Origin: Microcystis aeruginosa NIES-843
GTDB lineage: Bacteria; Cyanobacteriota; Cyanobacteriia; Cyanobacteriales; Microcystaceae
Assembly: GCF_000010625.1 (NCBI RefSeq)
Contig: NC_010296.1
Coordinates: 4,830,001 to 4,862,000 of the forward strand
DNA length: 32,000 nucleotides
Direction: 5' to 3'
Positions 8,098 to 16,328 of this stretch are shown here, piece after piece; the first letter of the stretch is position 1; each line of letters starts with the position of its first letter. The position numbers and the translations under genes were made by a program. Under the pieces are notes generated by a model. It had not been told where the DNA came from, ran no database searches, and was given only the letters and a program-made list of their open reading frames with translations.

Positions 8098-8466
8098 ATG
8101 ATAGATTATAATTTAGACGCGGCGCATAGCATTCTGTATATGCAACCTACATCTGCACTTGCGGCGGAAGATTTCATCAAGATTGCGGAGGCAGTGGACC
8201 CCCACATTGAAGCCACTGGTGGCCTTGCTGGCGTAATCATCGAAGTTCCCACGTTCACTGGTTGGGAGAGTTTTGGTGCCTTGGTTGCTCATTTCCGGCT
8301 GATACGCGACCATCACAAGTACGTCAGTAAGGTTGCAGTGGTGACTGATTCCACTCTGGTTAAACTGATTGAAAGTCTGGCTTCCCACTTTGTCGCCGCT
8401 GAAGTCAGGCAGTTCCCATGGGGGGAAACTGAGGTGGCGAACCAATGGATCTTGGGCGGCTCCTGA
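8098..8466 (+). CDS. STAS/SpoIIAA-like small protein (DUF3478-like)
   Basis: 122 aa from ATG 8098, with GGGAGAGG upstream. The sequence reads MIDYNLDAAHSILYMQPTSALAAEDFIKIAEAVDPHIEATGGLAGVIIEV...KVAVVTDS, which resembles stand-alone SpoIIAA-like/STAS_2 proteins. It is richer in G+C than its neighbours (56 of the first 120 nt by hand count). Confidence 0.6.
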   Translation: MIDYNLDAAHSILYMQPTSALAAEDFIKIAEAVDPHIEATGGLAGVIIEVPTFTGWESFGALVAHFRLIRDHHKYVSKVAVVTDSTLVKLIESLASHFVAAEVRQFPWGETEVANQWILGGS

Positions 8467-8521
8467 TTCCCTTGCAGTACAATAGACATTTCCAGCAATT
8501 AACCTCAATCTAGCCTGAATT

Positions 8522-8821
8522 TTGGAGGTGTCTAATACACGGTTAGACCGAACCGCTGGTCCCCTAGGAGATATACTTGATCTGGATTCTTCGAGTTCTG
8601 CAATATCCGGGATTGGGGTTTTAACTTCTAGTCTGGTTTCTGGTACAAACTACTACCTTTCTGGTAGCTACAGTGGTAATGTCTTCACCATCAGCACCGA
8701 TGGTAGTAGCTTAGATGCACTGATTATTCAAGGTGCTGAGGCTGCTTTTTCAAGCAACGCTTCCTCGGTTCTTTTGAGATTGGTTAATAGTAATAATCTG
8801 GTGGCAGGTAACTTTATTTAA
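8522..8821 (+). pseudogene. Start-less Ser/Gly-rich ORF, possibly the C-terminal remnant of a larger secreted or surface protein
   Basis: 99 codons with no ATG anywhere; only TTG 8522 or GTG 8528 are available as starts. The composition is low-complexity (SSSSAISGIGVLTSSLVSGTNYYLSGSYSG). It is followed by the hairpin ACTTCATC-GGGGA-GATGAAGT at 8821-8841. Confidence 0.25.
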
Positions 8822-9172
8822 CTTCATCGGGGAGATGAAGTGGACCCTGAGAGTGAGTTAGCAATGCGTAACCCACCGCCATGATTCTGGGCAGTGCCAA
8901 ATTGCTGTGTTAGAGTGATAAATACTAGGAATAATCGGTAAATCTTCCAAAGATATCTACTATTTTTGTGTAAAAGTAGTAGAAACTATGGGATTATCCT
9001 CAGAGGATTGGTCAGTGGAGAGAGAACCTAAATAATCACTCCACCATCTCTTGACAAATGACCTTAATTGTGCATTACTATATCTCGCTCCATCCTGATA
9101 TTTTTCTGAAGCTAGAAGGGTATATTAAGAAGGTGAGAGATTCCGATCAACGCCTATTGAGATAAATCTATT

Positions 9173-10366
9173 ATGCTGATTTACTTTATTCATGGAGTGG
9201 CCACAAGAGATGCTAGTTATGCCAATAAATTAATCAAACTAATTGAAGAAGAATGTAAACGCAAAAATCTGGCGATTCCCTACTGTTATGCAGGATTTTG
9301 GGGAAATGTTCTCAAGGGAACCGAAAAATTATGGCGAGATATCGAGCAAGAATTACAGACACAAAAACAGAAAAATATTAATTTTAACCCCGAGCAATCC
9401 TTTCGCTATCAAAATTTTAGAAAAGAGTATTTATCTTATTTTATTGGTGACGCATTTAGCTATTTAGGCAGCGATCGAGGAAACCAAATTCGCCGCATTA
9501 TTGCCGACCAATTAATCGATCTTGTTCAAGCTTATCCCCAGGAAACCGAATTACATATAGTTGCCCATTCTTTGGGTACTGTAATCCTTTGGGATCTGTT
9601 ATTTTCCGAGCGTTTTGACCCTCAGGATCCCGCTCACAAAATTCGTGATCTTATCGGTAAAGAACGGGGCAAACTTTCCCTATCTACTGTAACAACAATG
9701 GGTTCACCGATCCCATTTTTAAATCTAACTCTAGGCATTGATACTAATCAAATTGAAAAATTTATTACCCAGCATCAAGGCCAGCGTTTGCTCTGGAATA
9801 ATCTGATCAATTCCTCCGATATTATCGCTTATCCAATTCGTCCTCTTTTTGATTCTATAACCGATGTATCCAAGATTTTAATGAGCGATTATTATCTAGA
9901 AGCGACTGGCAATATTTTTGATTCTGTAGAAATTGCTGCCGTAGTCTTGAATTCCCTTAATGCTCATACCTATTACCTAGCATCAGATAAAGTGGCCAAA
10001 AATATCGTAGAGACAATTTATTTTAATCAGCAGGATTATAATCATGGCGATAGTTACAGTCATAACACTTGTGTTGATCTTGCCATAGAAAGAATAGCTA
10101 AAATATCTGGAGTGACTAAAGATCTGGTAAAAATGAAACCTCTAAAAGAAAAAATATTACTAGAAGGTAAATTTAAAGATGCCAGTGGTTATATTTATTT
10201 AAGCTCAGATTTATATCGTGTTCATCATGTTTATATACAGGACAATCACCAAAATATCGTATATGCTGTATATGTGGGCTGGATTCATGTAGAGGGATTG
10301 AAAAATTCTGTCACCGAAATCATCAGACAGCTATGTTATGTCAACGATGAAGCAAAGAATAGCTAA
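9173..10366 (+). CDS. Alpha/beta-fold serine hydrolase (lipase/esterase-like) with an unassigned C-terminal domain
   Basis: 397 aa. It starts MLIYFIHGV and has the nucleophile elbow VAHSLGT (AxSxG). Candidate catalytic Asp (NSSDIIAYP) and His (LNAHTYY) are present. Residues from about 285 to 397 match nothing I recognise. Confidence 0.65.
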   Translation: MLIYFIHGVATRDASYANKLIKLIEEECKRKNLAIPYCYAGFWGNVLKGTEKLWRDIEQELQTQKQKNINFNPEQSFRYQNFRKEYLSYFIGDAFSYLGSDRGNQIRRIIADQLIDLVQAYPQETELHIVAHSLGTVILWDLLFSERFDPQDPAHKIRDLIGKERGKLSLSTVTTMGSPIPFLNLTLGIDTNQIEKFITQHQGQRLLWNNLINSSDIIAYPIRPLFDSITDVSKILMSDYYLEATGNIFDSVEIAAVVLNSLNAHTYYLASDKVAKNIVETIYFNQQDYNHGDSYSHNTCVDLAIERIAKISGVTKDLVKMKPLKEKILLEGKFKDASGYIYLSSDLYRVHHVYIQDNHQNIVYAVYVGWIHVEGLKNSVTEIIRQLCYVNDEAKNS

Positions 10367-10408
10367 TAGCTGCGCTATACTGCCATTATTGAGATTAAAC
10401 CAGCATTT

Positions 10409-11188
10409 ATGAGTCAATCCCCCCGCATTCTAGCACTGGATTTTGATGGTGTTCTTTGTGATGGCATGATCGAGTATTTTCAGATTAGCAAACGCACCTA
10501 TGAAACCCTTTGGCCGGAAATAATTCCCGAGGATTTTTTCCCTAGTTTTTCGCAACTTCGTCCCGTTATCGAAACCGGTTGGGAAATGCCTTTACTGTTG
10601 CGATCGCTTGTTCTCGGTATTCCCGACGGGGAAGCTTTAAATAATTGGCCGTCAATTCGGCAAAATCTACTAGAAAGGGAGAAAATAGCGAAAAAAGTTC
10701 TCTCAAATGCCCTCGATGGTCTTAGGGATCGATGGATTGAGTCGGATCTAGAGTCTTGGTTAGCCTTACATCAATTTTATCAACCCGCAATCGATCGCCT
10801 GGCCTCTCTTTTAGACTCGGATTTTTTGGTTTATATTATCACTACAAAAGAAAGCCGTTTTGTCAAGCAATTGTTACAAAAAGTAGCAATTAATTTTCCG
10901 GCAGCGAGATTAATTGGCAAGGAAATTAAACAGCCGAAATACCTGACTATTCAGCAAATACTGGCTGATTTACCGGAATCCCCCGCTAATTTGTGGTTTG
11001 TCGAGGATCGTCTCGATGCGTTGGAATTAGTGCAGCAACAAGCCGATTTAAACGATGTGGGCTTATATTTAGCCGATTGGGGATATAATACGGCTCAAAT
11101 GCGCCAAAAAGTTGCTCAAGATACCCGTATTAAGCTGTTATCCCTAGCTCAATTTGCGGCAGACTTTACCCACTGGCAGAGTCGGTGA
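10409..11188 (+). CDS. HAD-superfamily hydrolase
   Basis: 259 aa. Motif I is LALDFDGVLCDG (DxDG), and the later motifs IITTKESR and FVEDR are present. The gene contains a HIP1 site, so it looks native. Confidence 0.75.
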   Translation: MSQSPRILALDFDGVLCDGMIEYFQISKRTYETLWPEIIPEDFFPSFSQLRPVIETGWEMPLLLRSLVLGIPDGEALNNWPSIRQNLLEREKIAKKVLSNALDGLRDRWIESDLESWLALHQFYQPAIDRLASLLDSDFLVYIITTKESRFVKQLLQKVAINFPAARLIGKEIKQPKYLTIQQILADLPESPANLWFVEDRLDALELVQQQADLNDVGLYLADWGYNTAQMRQKVAQDTRIKLLSLAQFAADFTHWQSR

Positions 11189-11248
11189 CGAAAAATATTA
11201 AAACTTCGCCCATTACCCCATGAGCATTGTTAAGCTTTCTTTATACAC

Positions 11249-11277
11249 TTGTACTAATTGTCAATTTCTTCTACAAT
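11249..11277 (+). promoter_or_regulatory. Candidate sigma-70-type promoter for the PanA/toxin operon
   Basis: TTGTAC (11249-11254), a 17-nt spacer, then TACAAT (11272-11277), 37 nt upstream of ATG 11314. Confidence 0.3.
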
Positions 11278-11313
11278 GGTCATAGGTCGATATTTTAGAA
11301 ATTTTGTGGATCT

Positions 11314-11901
11314 ATGATTGACTGCCTGACTGTGGCTCGCTACTTTATTATCAGAGCTTACGAGGATGGTATGGACGCTGAAATGACTAATATGAAAGTC
11401 CAAAAGCTTTTATATTATGCACAGAGCTTGCATTTGGCCCTATACGATGAACCATTGTTTAAGGAGGAAATTCAAGCATGGCGTTACGGTCCGGTTTGTC
11501 CTGCTGCTTATAAGTTCTACAGTGATTTTGAGGCTGAACAATTACCAATTCCTCGCCAAGAATGCCTGTCTGGGCTGCCATCGGAGAAAAAAGAACTTTT
11601 AGCAGAAATTTGGCAATATTTCGGTAACTACCACGCCTATCGGTTGAGTGACATGACTCACGCGGAATTTCCTTGGAAAAAGGCTCGTAAAGGTCTGCCA
11701 CCAGAAGAAAGTTCCACAGAGCCAATTCTCCTTGATGATATGAAAGCATTAGGTTATCAAAAGCTTGATTTGATAGAACAGGAACATCCGGCCTACAAAG
11801 CAGCCATGTCTGAAGTTTTGAAGGAAGCATTGGCGACGGAATCTTCTCATCCTATTGGGAAAGGAGAAGTGCATGACTGGCTCAATTCCCTTCTCGATTG
11901 A
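11314..11901 (+). CDS. Panacea-domain (DUF4065, SocA/GepA-like) antitoxin
   Basis: 195 aa. The N-terminal region ...TNMKVQKLLYYAQSLHLALYDEPLFKEEIQAWRYGPVCPAAYKFY... fits the DUF4065/PanA pattern. Its 3' end overlaps the next ORF by 29 nt. Confidence 0.8.
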   Translation: MIDCLTVARYFIIRAYEDGMDAEMTNMKVQKLLYYAQSLHLALYDEPLFKEEIQAWRYGPVCPAAYKFYSDFEAEQLPIPRQECLSGLPSEKKELLAEIWQYFGNYHAYRLSDMTHAEFPWKKARKGLPPEESSTEPILLDDMKALGYQKLDLIEQEHPAYKAAMSEVLKEALATESSHPIGKGEVHDWLNSLLD

Positions 11902-12268
11902 ATCTTCTGACAACTTCGAGCGCTCTTTCAAAAAACTGGCAAAAGTTCACAAAAATAGCTTTGTTGAACTTATTACCAAAACTTTAGAGGATTTAATCGA
12001 CGACCAATATCCCCATAACTCCCGTCAGGAACCTCTACCGGGGAAAATTCAGTTGCCGGAAGGCTGGACTTTTCACAAGCTCGATATCCGGGTTTCAAAA
12101 GGTGCTGCGGGGCAAATTAGATTAATGTATTTGGTGAGCGCGACTACCTACACAATTAAACTGGTTTGGATTTACAGCCATGAGCAGTTTGTCAAACGTC
12201 CTGCTGATGCCGATTTAAAAGCTATTATGGGTCTTCGGTTTGTGTTATGCAATGGACGGGGTTTATAA
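11873..12268 (+). CDS. RelE/ParE-superfamily-like toxin
   Basis: 131 aa from ATG 11873, with AAGGAG 6 nt upstream. The track start TTG 11855 is less likely. The sequence has the FERSFKKLAK helix, then ...GWTFHKLDIRVSKGAAGQIRLMYLVSATTYTIKLVWIYSHEQ, a layout typical of RelE/ParE-fold toxins. Confidence 0.6.
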   Translation: MTGSIPFSIESSDNFERSFKKLAKVHKNSFVELITKTLEDLIDDQYPHNSRQEPLPGKIQLPEGWTFHKLDIRVSKGAAGQIRLMYLVSATTYTIKLVWIYSHEQFVKRPADADLKAIMGLRFVLCNGRGL

Positions 12269-12496
12269 GGGATGGAATCCTTATAGAGAAAGACGTTTAG
12301 CGATTTTTGTCAATTGTTTTTGATCTAGAGCGAACTAATCAATTAAATCTCTTGCCAGATAAGGATTTAGTTTATTTATGCCACCCTATCGAACCATAAC
12401 AAGTAACGAAGAGCCGCTATTATCCGAGATATTCTGGATTTTTAGGCAGAAATCTACTTCTTGCTGGGTTAGGACGCATATTAAACTGATGGGTAA

Positions 12497-12614
12497 ACTA
12501 AGCTAAGACGCATTTAAACCGCTTATTCTTAGATTAGCCGAACCTCCCCCAATCCCTTTACTGTTGCCTTTTGCAAGAGTGCCTCTTGCCTCGTCTCAAC
12601 AAGCAATTTAAATT
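12497..12614. repeat. MITE-like dispersed repeat, long variant
   Basis: actaagctaagacgcatttaaaccgctta...ttactgttgcc...ctcttgcctcgtctcaacaagcaatttaaatt. The same element with two internal deletions is at 28893-28960. Confidence 0.6.
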
Positions 12615-12706
12615 ACGAACAGCTTATCTAACTTATCGTCGTCTAACCCACCCGACATTATCTGCTATACTAAAAAGCGTAGTCGTTATGAGTTGCATTT
12701 ACGGTT

Positions 12707-14065
12707 ATGACTGTCGAGAATTTAGTCATTATTGGTTCGGGACCGGCGGGATATACGGCGGCGATTTATGCGGCGCGTGCGAACTTAAAACCCTTGATGT
12801 TTGAGGGTTTCCAAGCGGGAGGCATTCCGGGGGGACAATTGATGACCACCACAGAAGTAGAAAATTTCCCCGGTTTTCCCGAAGGAATCACCGGTCCCAA
12901 GCTCATGGAAAGAATGAAGGAACAGGCCGAAAGATGGGGGACCCAATGCTATACCGAAGATGTTATCTCGGTGGATTTAAGTCAGCGTCCTTTTACCATT
13001 CGTTCCACCGACCGGGAAGTTAAGGCCAATAGTATTATTATCGCCACGGGAGCCACTGCCAAACGCTTAGGATTACCCAGCGAGGCCCAATTCTGGAGTA
13101 ACGGGATTTCTGCTTGTGCTATCTGTGACGGTGCTACACCGATATTTAGAGAGGAAAACCTCGCTGTGATTGGTGGCGGTGACTCGGCGGCAGAAGAAGC
13201 CGTATATTTAACTAAATACGGCTCCCACGTCCATTTATTAATTCGCGGGGAAGCGATGCGCGCCTCGAAAGCAATGCAGGACCGGGTGTTAAATAATCCG
13301 AAAGTTACCGTTCATTTTCACACCCAAGCGGTGGATGTGTTCGGTACAGGCAGTAAAATGGCAGGATTACGCATTAAAAACTCGCAAACGGGAGAAATCA
13401 GTGAATTAGCCGTTAGAGGGTTATTTTATGCCGTCGGTCACACTCCCAATACTTCCCTATTCCAAGGACAACTAGAATTAGACGAGGTGGGTTATGTGAA
13501 AGTCAAACCGGGGACTGTTGCTACCAGCGTCGAGGGGGTTTTTGCCGCCGGAGATGTGCAGGACCACGAATACCGTCAGGCAATCACCGCCGCAGGTACG
13601 GGGTGTATGGCGGCGTTATTGGCAGAAAGATGGTTATCGGAGCATAATTTAATCCAAGAATACCGTCAATCAGCCACTTCTGAACATTACGAGACAAAAA
13701 CCGTTAGCGAAACCCCGGCCGATACGGAGGAGACTTTTGATATTCACAAAACCCGTCACGTTGGGGGTTATGCTTTGCGGAAATTATTCCACGACGGCGA
13801 TCGCTTGTTGATGGTAAAATATGTTTCTCCCACCTGTGGCCCCTGTAAAACCCTGAAACCGATTTTAGATAAAGTAGTCGATGAGTACGATGGCAAAATT
13901 TATTTTGTGGAAATTGACATCGAAGCTGACCCAGAAATTGCCAAAATGGGTCAAGTAACCGGGACTCCCACGGTACAATTCTTTAAGGACCGGGAATTAG
14001 TCAAGGAAATGCGCGGAGTCAAACAAAAAAGCGATTTTCGTCAAGTAATTGAGAGTTATCAATAA
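12707..14065 (+). CDS. ntrc: NADPH-dependent thioredoxin reductase C (TrxR-Trx fusion)
   Basis: 452 aa. It has the FAD motif [15 protein letters not shown], the redox-active CAIC, and a C-terminal thioredoxin domain with CGPC. Confidence 0.9.
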   Translation: MTVENLVIIGSGPAGYTAAIYAARANLKPLMFEGFQAGGIPGGQLMTTTEVENFPGFPEGITGPKLMERMKEQAERWGTQCYTEDVISVDLSQRPFTIRSTDREVKANSIIIATGATAKRLGLPSEAQFWSNGISACAICDGATPIFREENLAVIGGGDSAAEEAVYLTKYGSHVHLLIRGEAMRASKAMQDRVLNNPKVTVHFHTQAVDVFGTGSKMAGLRIKNSQTGEISELAVRGLFYAVGHTPNTSLFQGQLELDEVGYVKVKPGTVATSVEGVFAAGDVQDHEYRQAITAAGTGCMAALLAERWLSEHNLIQEYRQSATSEHYETKTVSETPADTEETFDIHKTRHVGGYALRKLFHDGDRLLMVKYVSPTCGPCKTLKPILDKVVDEYDGKIYFVEIDIEADPEIAKMGQVTGTPTVQFFKDRELVKEMRGVKQKSDFRQVIESYQ

Positions 14066-14066
14066 T

Positions 14067-14097
14067 CAGTTATCAGTTATCAGTTATCAGTTATCAG
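14067..14097. repeat. Tandem heptamer tract (CAGTTAT)x4
   Basis: It starts 2 nt after the NTRC stop codon. Related tracts are at 18047-18074, 30917-30958 and 31128-31158 (reverse complement). Confidence 0.9.
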
Positions 14098-14167
14098 ATG
14101 TGAGTTTTGAGTTTACTGTTTACTGAAAAAGCTCCCCACACCCCACTCCCCCACTTCCCAACACCCT

Positions 14168-14998
14168 ATGCTAGAGGCCCTACAATTTGATTTTATGCGC
14201 CATGCGATTGCCGCAGGAATATTAGTTAGTATTGCCTGTGGGATTGTCGGTACTTTGGTAGTAGTTAATCGCGTGGTTTTTATCAGTGGTGGAATCGCTC
14301 ACGCTGCCTATGGAGGGATAGGAATCGGTTATTTTTTTGGGATTAATCCCCTGGTGGGGGCGATATTTTTTACCTTTTTTTCGGCTTTAGGCATGGGTTT
14401 TTTACAGCGTCGCATCCGGGAGAGAGCCGATACTTTAATCGGGGTTATGTGGGCGATTGGTATGGCGATTGGGGTAATTTTTATTGATTTAACCCCTGGT
14501 TATAAAGCTGATTTAATGAGTTATCTTTTCGGTAGTATTTTAACTGTACCGAGGGATGATTTATGGATAATGGCGGGCATAGATATATTAATTATCACCT
14601 TAGTTAGTATCTTTTATAAAGAGTTATTAGCCATATCTTTTGATGAAACCTTTGCGATTATTCGCAATATTCCCGTGGAGATAATTTATTTAGGTTTAAT
14701 GGGAATAACCGCTTTAACTATTGTCGCAGTAATGCAGGTGGTAGGATTAATTATGGTAATTGCTTTGTTAACTATTCCCGCCGCTATCAGTGGACAATTT
14801 GTTAAAAATATGAAGGGAATGATGATCCTAGCGATTATTTTAGGAATTGTCTTTACTTTAGTGGGTTTGTGGTTATCCTATAGTTTAAATCTCACCTCAG
14901 GGGCGACAATTATTTTAGTGGCAGGATTGGGTTATTTAATCAGTCTTGCTTGGAAACCTTTTATGCTCACTATCACCAGAAAAATATCTCATCTTTAA
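14168..14998 (+). CDS. Metal ABC transporter permease (ZnuB/MntB-type, ABC-3 family)
   Basis: 276 aa, very hydrophobic. It starts MLEALQFDFMRHAIAAGILVSIACGIVGTLVVVNR, typical of the ABC-3 family. No ATPase or binding protein is adjacent. Confidence 0.8.
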   Translation: MLEALQFDFMRHAIAAGILVSIACGIVGTLVVVNRVVFISGGIAHAAYGGIGIGYFFGINPLVGAIFFTFFSALGMGFLQRRIRERADTLIGVMWAIGMAIGVIFIDLTPGYKADLMSYLFGSILTVPRDDLWIMAGIDILIITLVSIFYKELLAISFDETFAIIRNIPVEIIYLGLMGITALTIVAVMQVVGLIMVIALLTIPAAISGQFVKNMKGMMILAIILGIVFTLVGLWLSYSLNLTSGATIILVAGLGYLISLAWKPFMLTITRKISHL

Positions 14999-15001
14999 GG
15001 C

Positions 15002-15044
15002 CCTCCCCTAGTTATGGTGATCAGAAAAAGTTATCTAGGGGAGG
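15002..15044. terminator. 10-bp perfect inverted repeat between convergent genes (possible bidirectional terminator)
   Basis: CCTCCCCTAG (15002-15011) pairs with CTAGGGGAGG (15035-15044) across a 23-nt loop. There is no clear U-run. Confidence 0.3.
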
Positions 15045-15115
15045 ATGAAGGCAATTCACCTCCATATTGCCCCACATTAGTTGTTCTCTAGAGGCCAATG
15101 GGATAGTCTTGCCAA

Positions 15116-15337
15116 TTATAACCCCAAACGCTGCTTTTGGCGGGCTTTATAGGAGGCTAACAGCCAGATAGAGCCGGAAATCAAAGAAGGAGCAAGGACG
15201 AAAAAAGTGGCCATGGTCACGGGATGTTCCCGGGCCCACACCCAATAGATCATCACGGCAAAAATCAAGCCACAGTAAGCTAGTCCTAGAAAGGGGATGC
15301 CAATAACTAAAATGGCGAATCGAGTCTCTTTATCCAT
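15116..15337 (-). CDS. Small membrane protein, 73 aa (two predicted TM helices)
   Basis: ATG start, two hydrophobic stretches and a basic C-terminal tail (YKARQKQRLGL). I recognise no family. Confidence 0.45.
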   Translation of the reverse strand: MDKETRFAILVIGIPFLGLAYCGLIFAVMIYWVWAREHPVTMATFFVLAPSLISGSIWLLASYKARQKQRLGL

Positions 15338-15476
15338 AAAATATCGGGATGGCAGCGAAAATTTAGCTGATGGGTTCCGTTTGTCCCTATCTTTACTTAT
15401 AATCTTCCTTCTGGGATTGCTTGCGGAAAAATAAGGTATTTTTTAGAATTAGGCGCTGATTATTGGGAGGCCTTCC

Positions 15477-16283
15477 TTGTCGAAACAAAGATTAGATTTA
15501 TTATTAGTAGCCAAAAATCTCTGTGATTCCCGTCAACAGGCACAGCGATTAATTCGCGCTGGAGAGGTGAAAGTCAATCATCAAATCATCGATAAACCTG
15601 CCACAGAAATCGATCCAGAAGCGGCGATCGAGGTTAAGCAGAAACTGCCCTATTTGTCAAGGGGGGGCGAAAAATTAGCTAAGGCCTTAGAATTGTTTGC
15701 CATCGATGTCCGCGAGCGCATTTGTTTAGATGGAGGCATTTCCACGGGGGGATTTACCGATTGTCTCTTGCAAAAAGGGGCAAAACGGGTTTATGGGGTT
15801 GATGTGGGTTATGGACAAGTGGCGTGGAGTTTACGGCAGGATGAACGGGTTATTTTACTAGAAAGAACTAATTTTCGCTATTTAACCCCGGAAAAGTTAT
15901 ACGGACAGGAAAAACCCGCCGATTTAGCAGTTATGGATCTGTCCTTTATTTCTTTGACCAAAGTTTTACCGACCCTGTGGACGCTATTAAATCCACCGCG
16001 AGAAGCGATTTTATTAGTCAAACCCCAATTCGAGGTGGGACGGGAAAAAGTCGGCAAAAAAGGGGTAGTTCGCGACCACCAAGACCAAGCGGGGGCGATT
16101 TTTCAGGTTTTACAGGCCGCCGAAGCCCTAGGATGGTTCTATCGGGGTTTAACTTGGTCTCCCATTACCGGACCTGCGGGTAATGTGGAGTATCTTCTCT
16201 GGTTATCCACCGATATCGGCCAAGTCAGTCCCAGTTTATCAGCGATCGCAGAAATCACCCAAGAAGCGATCGAACAGTTTTAA
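15477..16283 (+). CDS. tlyA: TlyA-family rRNA 2'-O-methyltransferase
   Basis: 268 aa. An N-terminal S4-like domain (RLDLLLV...SRQQAQRLIRAGEVKVN) is followed by an FtsJ-type SAM motif CLDGGISTGGFTDCLLQKGAKRVYGVDVG. The TTG start lies after GGGAGG. Confidence 0.85.
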   Translation: MSKQRLDLLLVAKNLCDSRQQAQRLIRAGEVKVNHQIIDKPATEIDPEAAIEVKQKLPYLSRGGEKLAKALELFAIDVRERICLDGGISTGGFTDCLLQKGAKRVYGVDVGYGQVAWSLRQDERVILLERTNFRYLTPEKLYGQEKPADLAVMDLSFISLTKVLPTLWTLLNPPREAILLVKPQFEVGREKVGKKGVVRDHQDQAGAIFQVLQAAEALGWFYRGLTWSPITGPAGNVEYLLWLSTDIGQVSPSLSAIAEITQEAIEQF

Positions 16284-16328
16284 CCCCGGTGTTTTGTCAA
16301 GGAAGTGGGGAGATTTTCAGAAAAACCC

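Noticed and set aside
8113-8508. A 131-aa ORF antisense to the STAS-like gene (and the nested ORF 8313-8498).
   Set aside because: It is a shadow ORF on the opposite strand of a GC-richer gene. The plus-strand product has recognisable STAS-like features and an RBS, and the antisense product has neither.
9051-9100. A third copy of the conserved promoter module upstream of the hydrolase gene.
   Set aside because: Only the 10-mer TTGACAAATG is clearly shared. The rest aligns poorly and the TATAATGGGAATCCGTG block is absent, so it is treated as an ordinary -35-like box.
12571-12804. A 77-aa ORF overlapping the NTRC start (and its analogue 28830-29033).
   Set aside because: Both are translations of the MITE-like repeat and share a repeat-derived peptide. 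The first overlaps the well-supported NTRC start out of frame.
14067-14097. The tandem repeat tracts (also at 7961-8000, 21985-22016, 22336-22377, 25719-25747, 26824-26851, 30917-30958 and 31128-31158) were considered as possible CRISPR arrays.
   Set aside because: The units are 7-8 nt and strictly contiguous with no spacers. No cas genes are present. They are STRR-type microsatellites.
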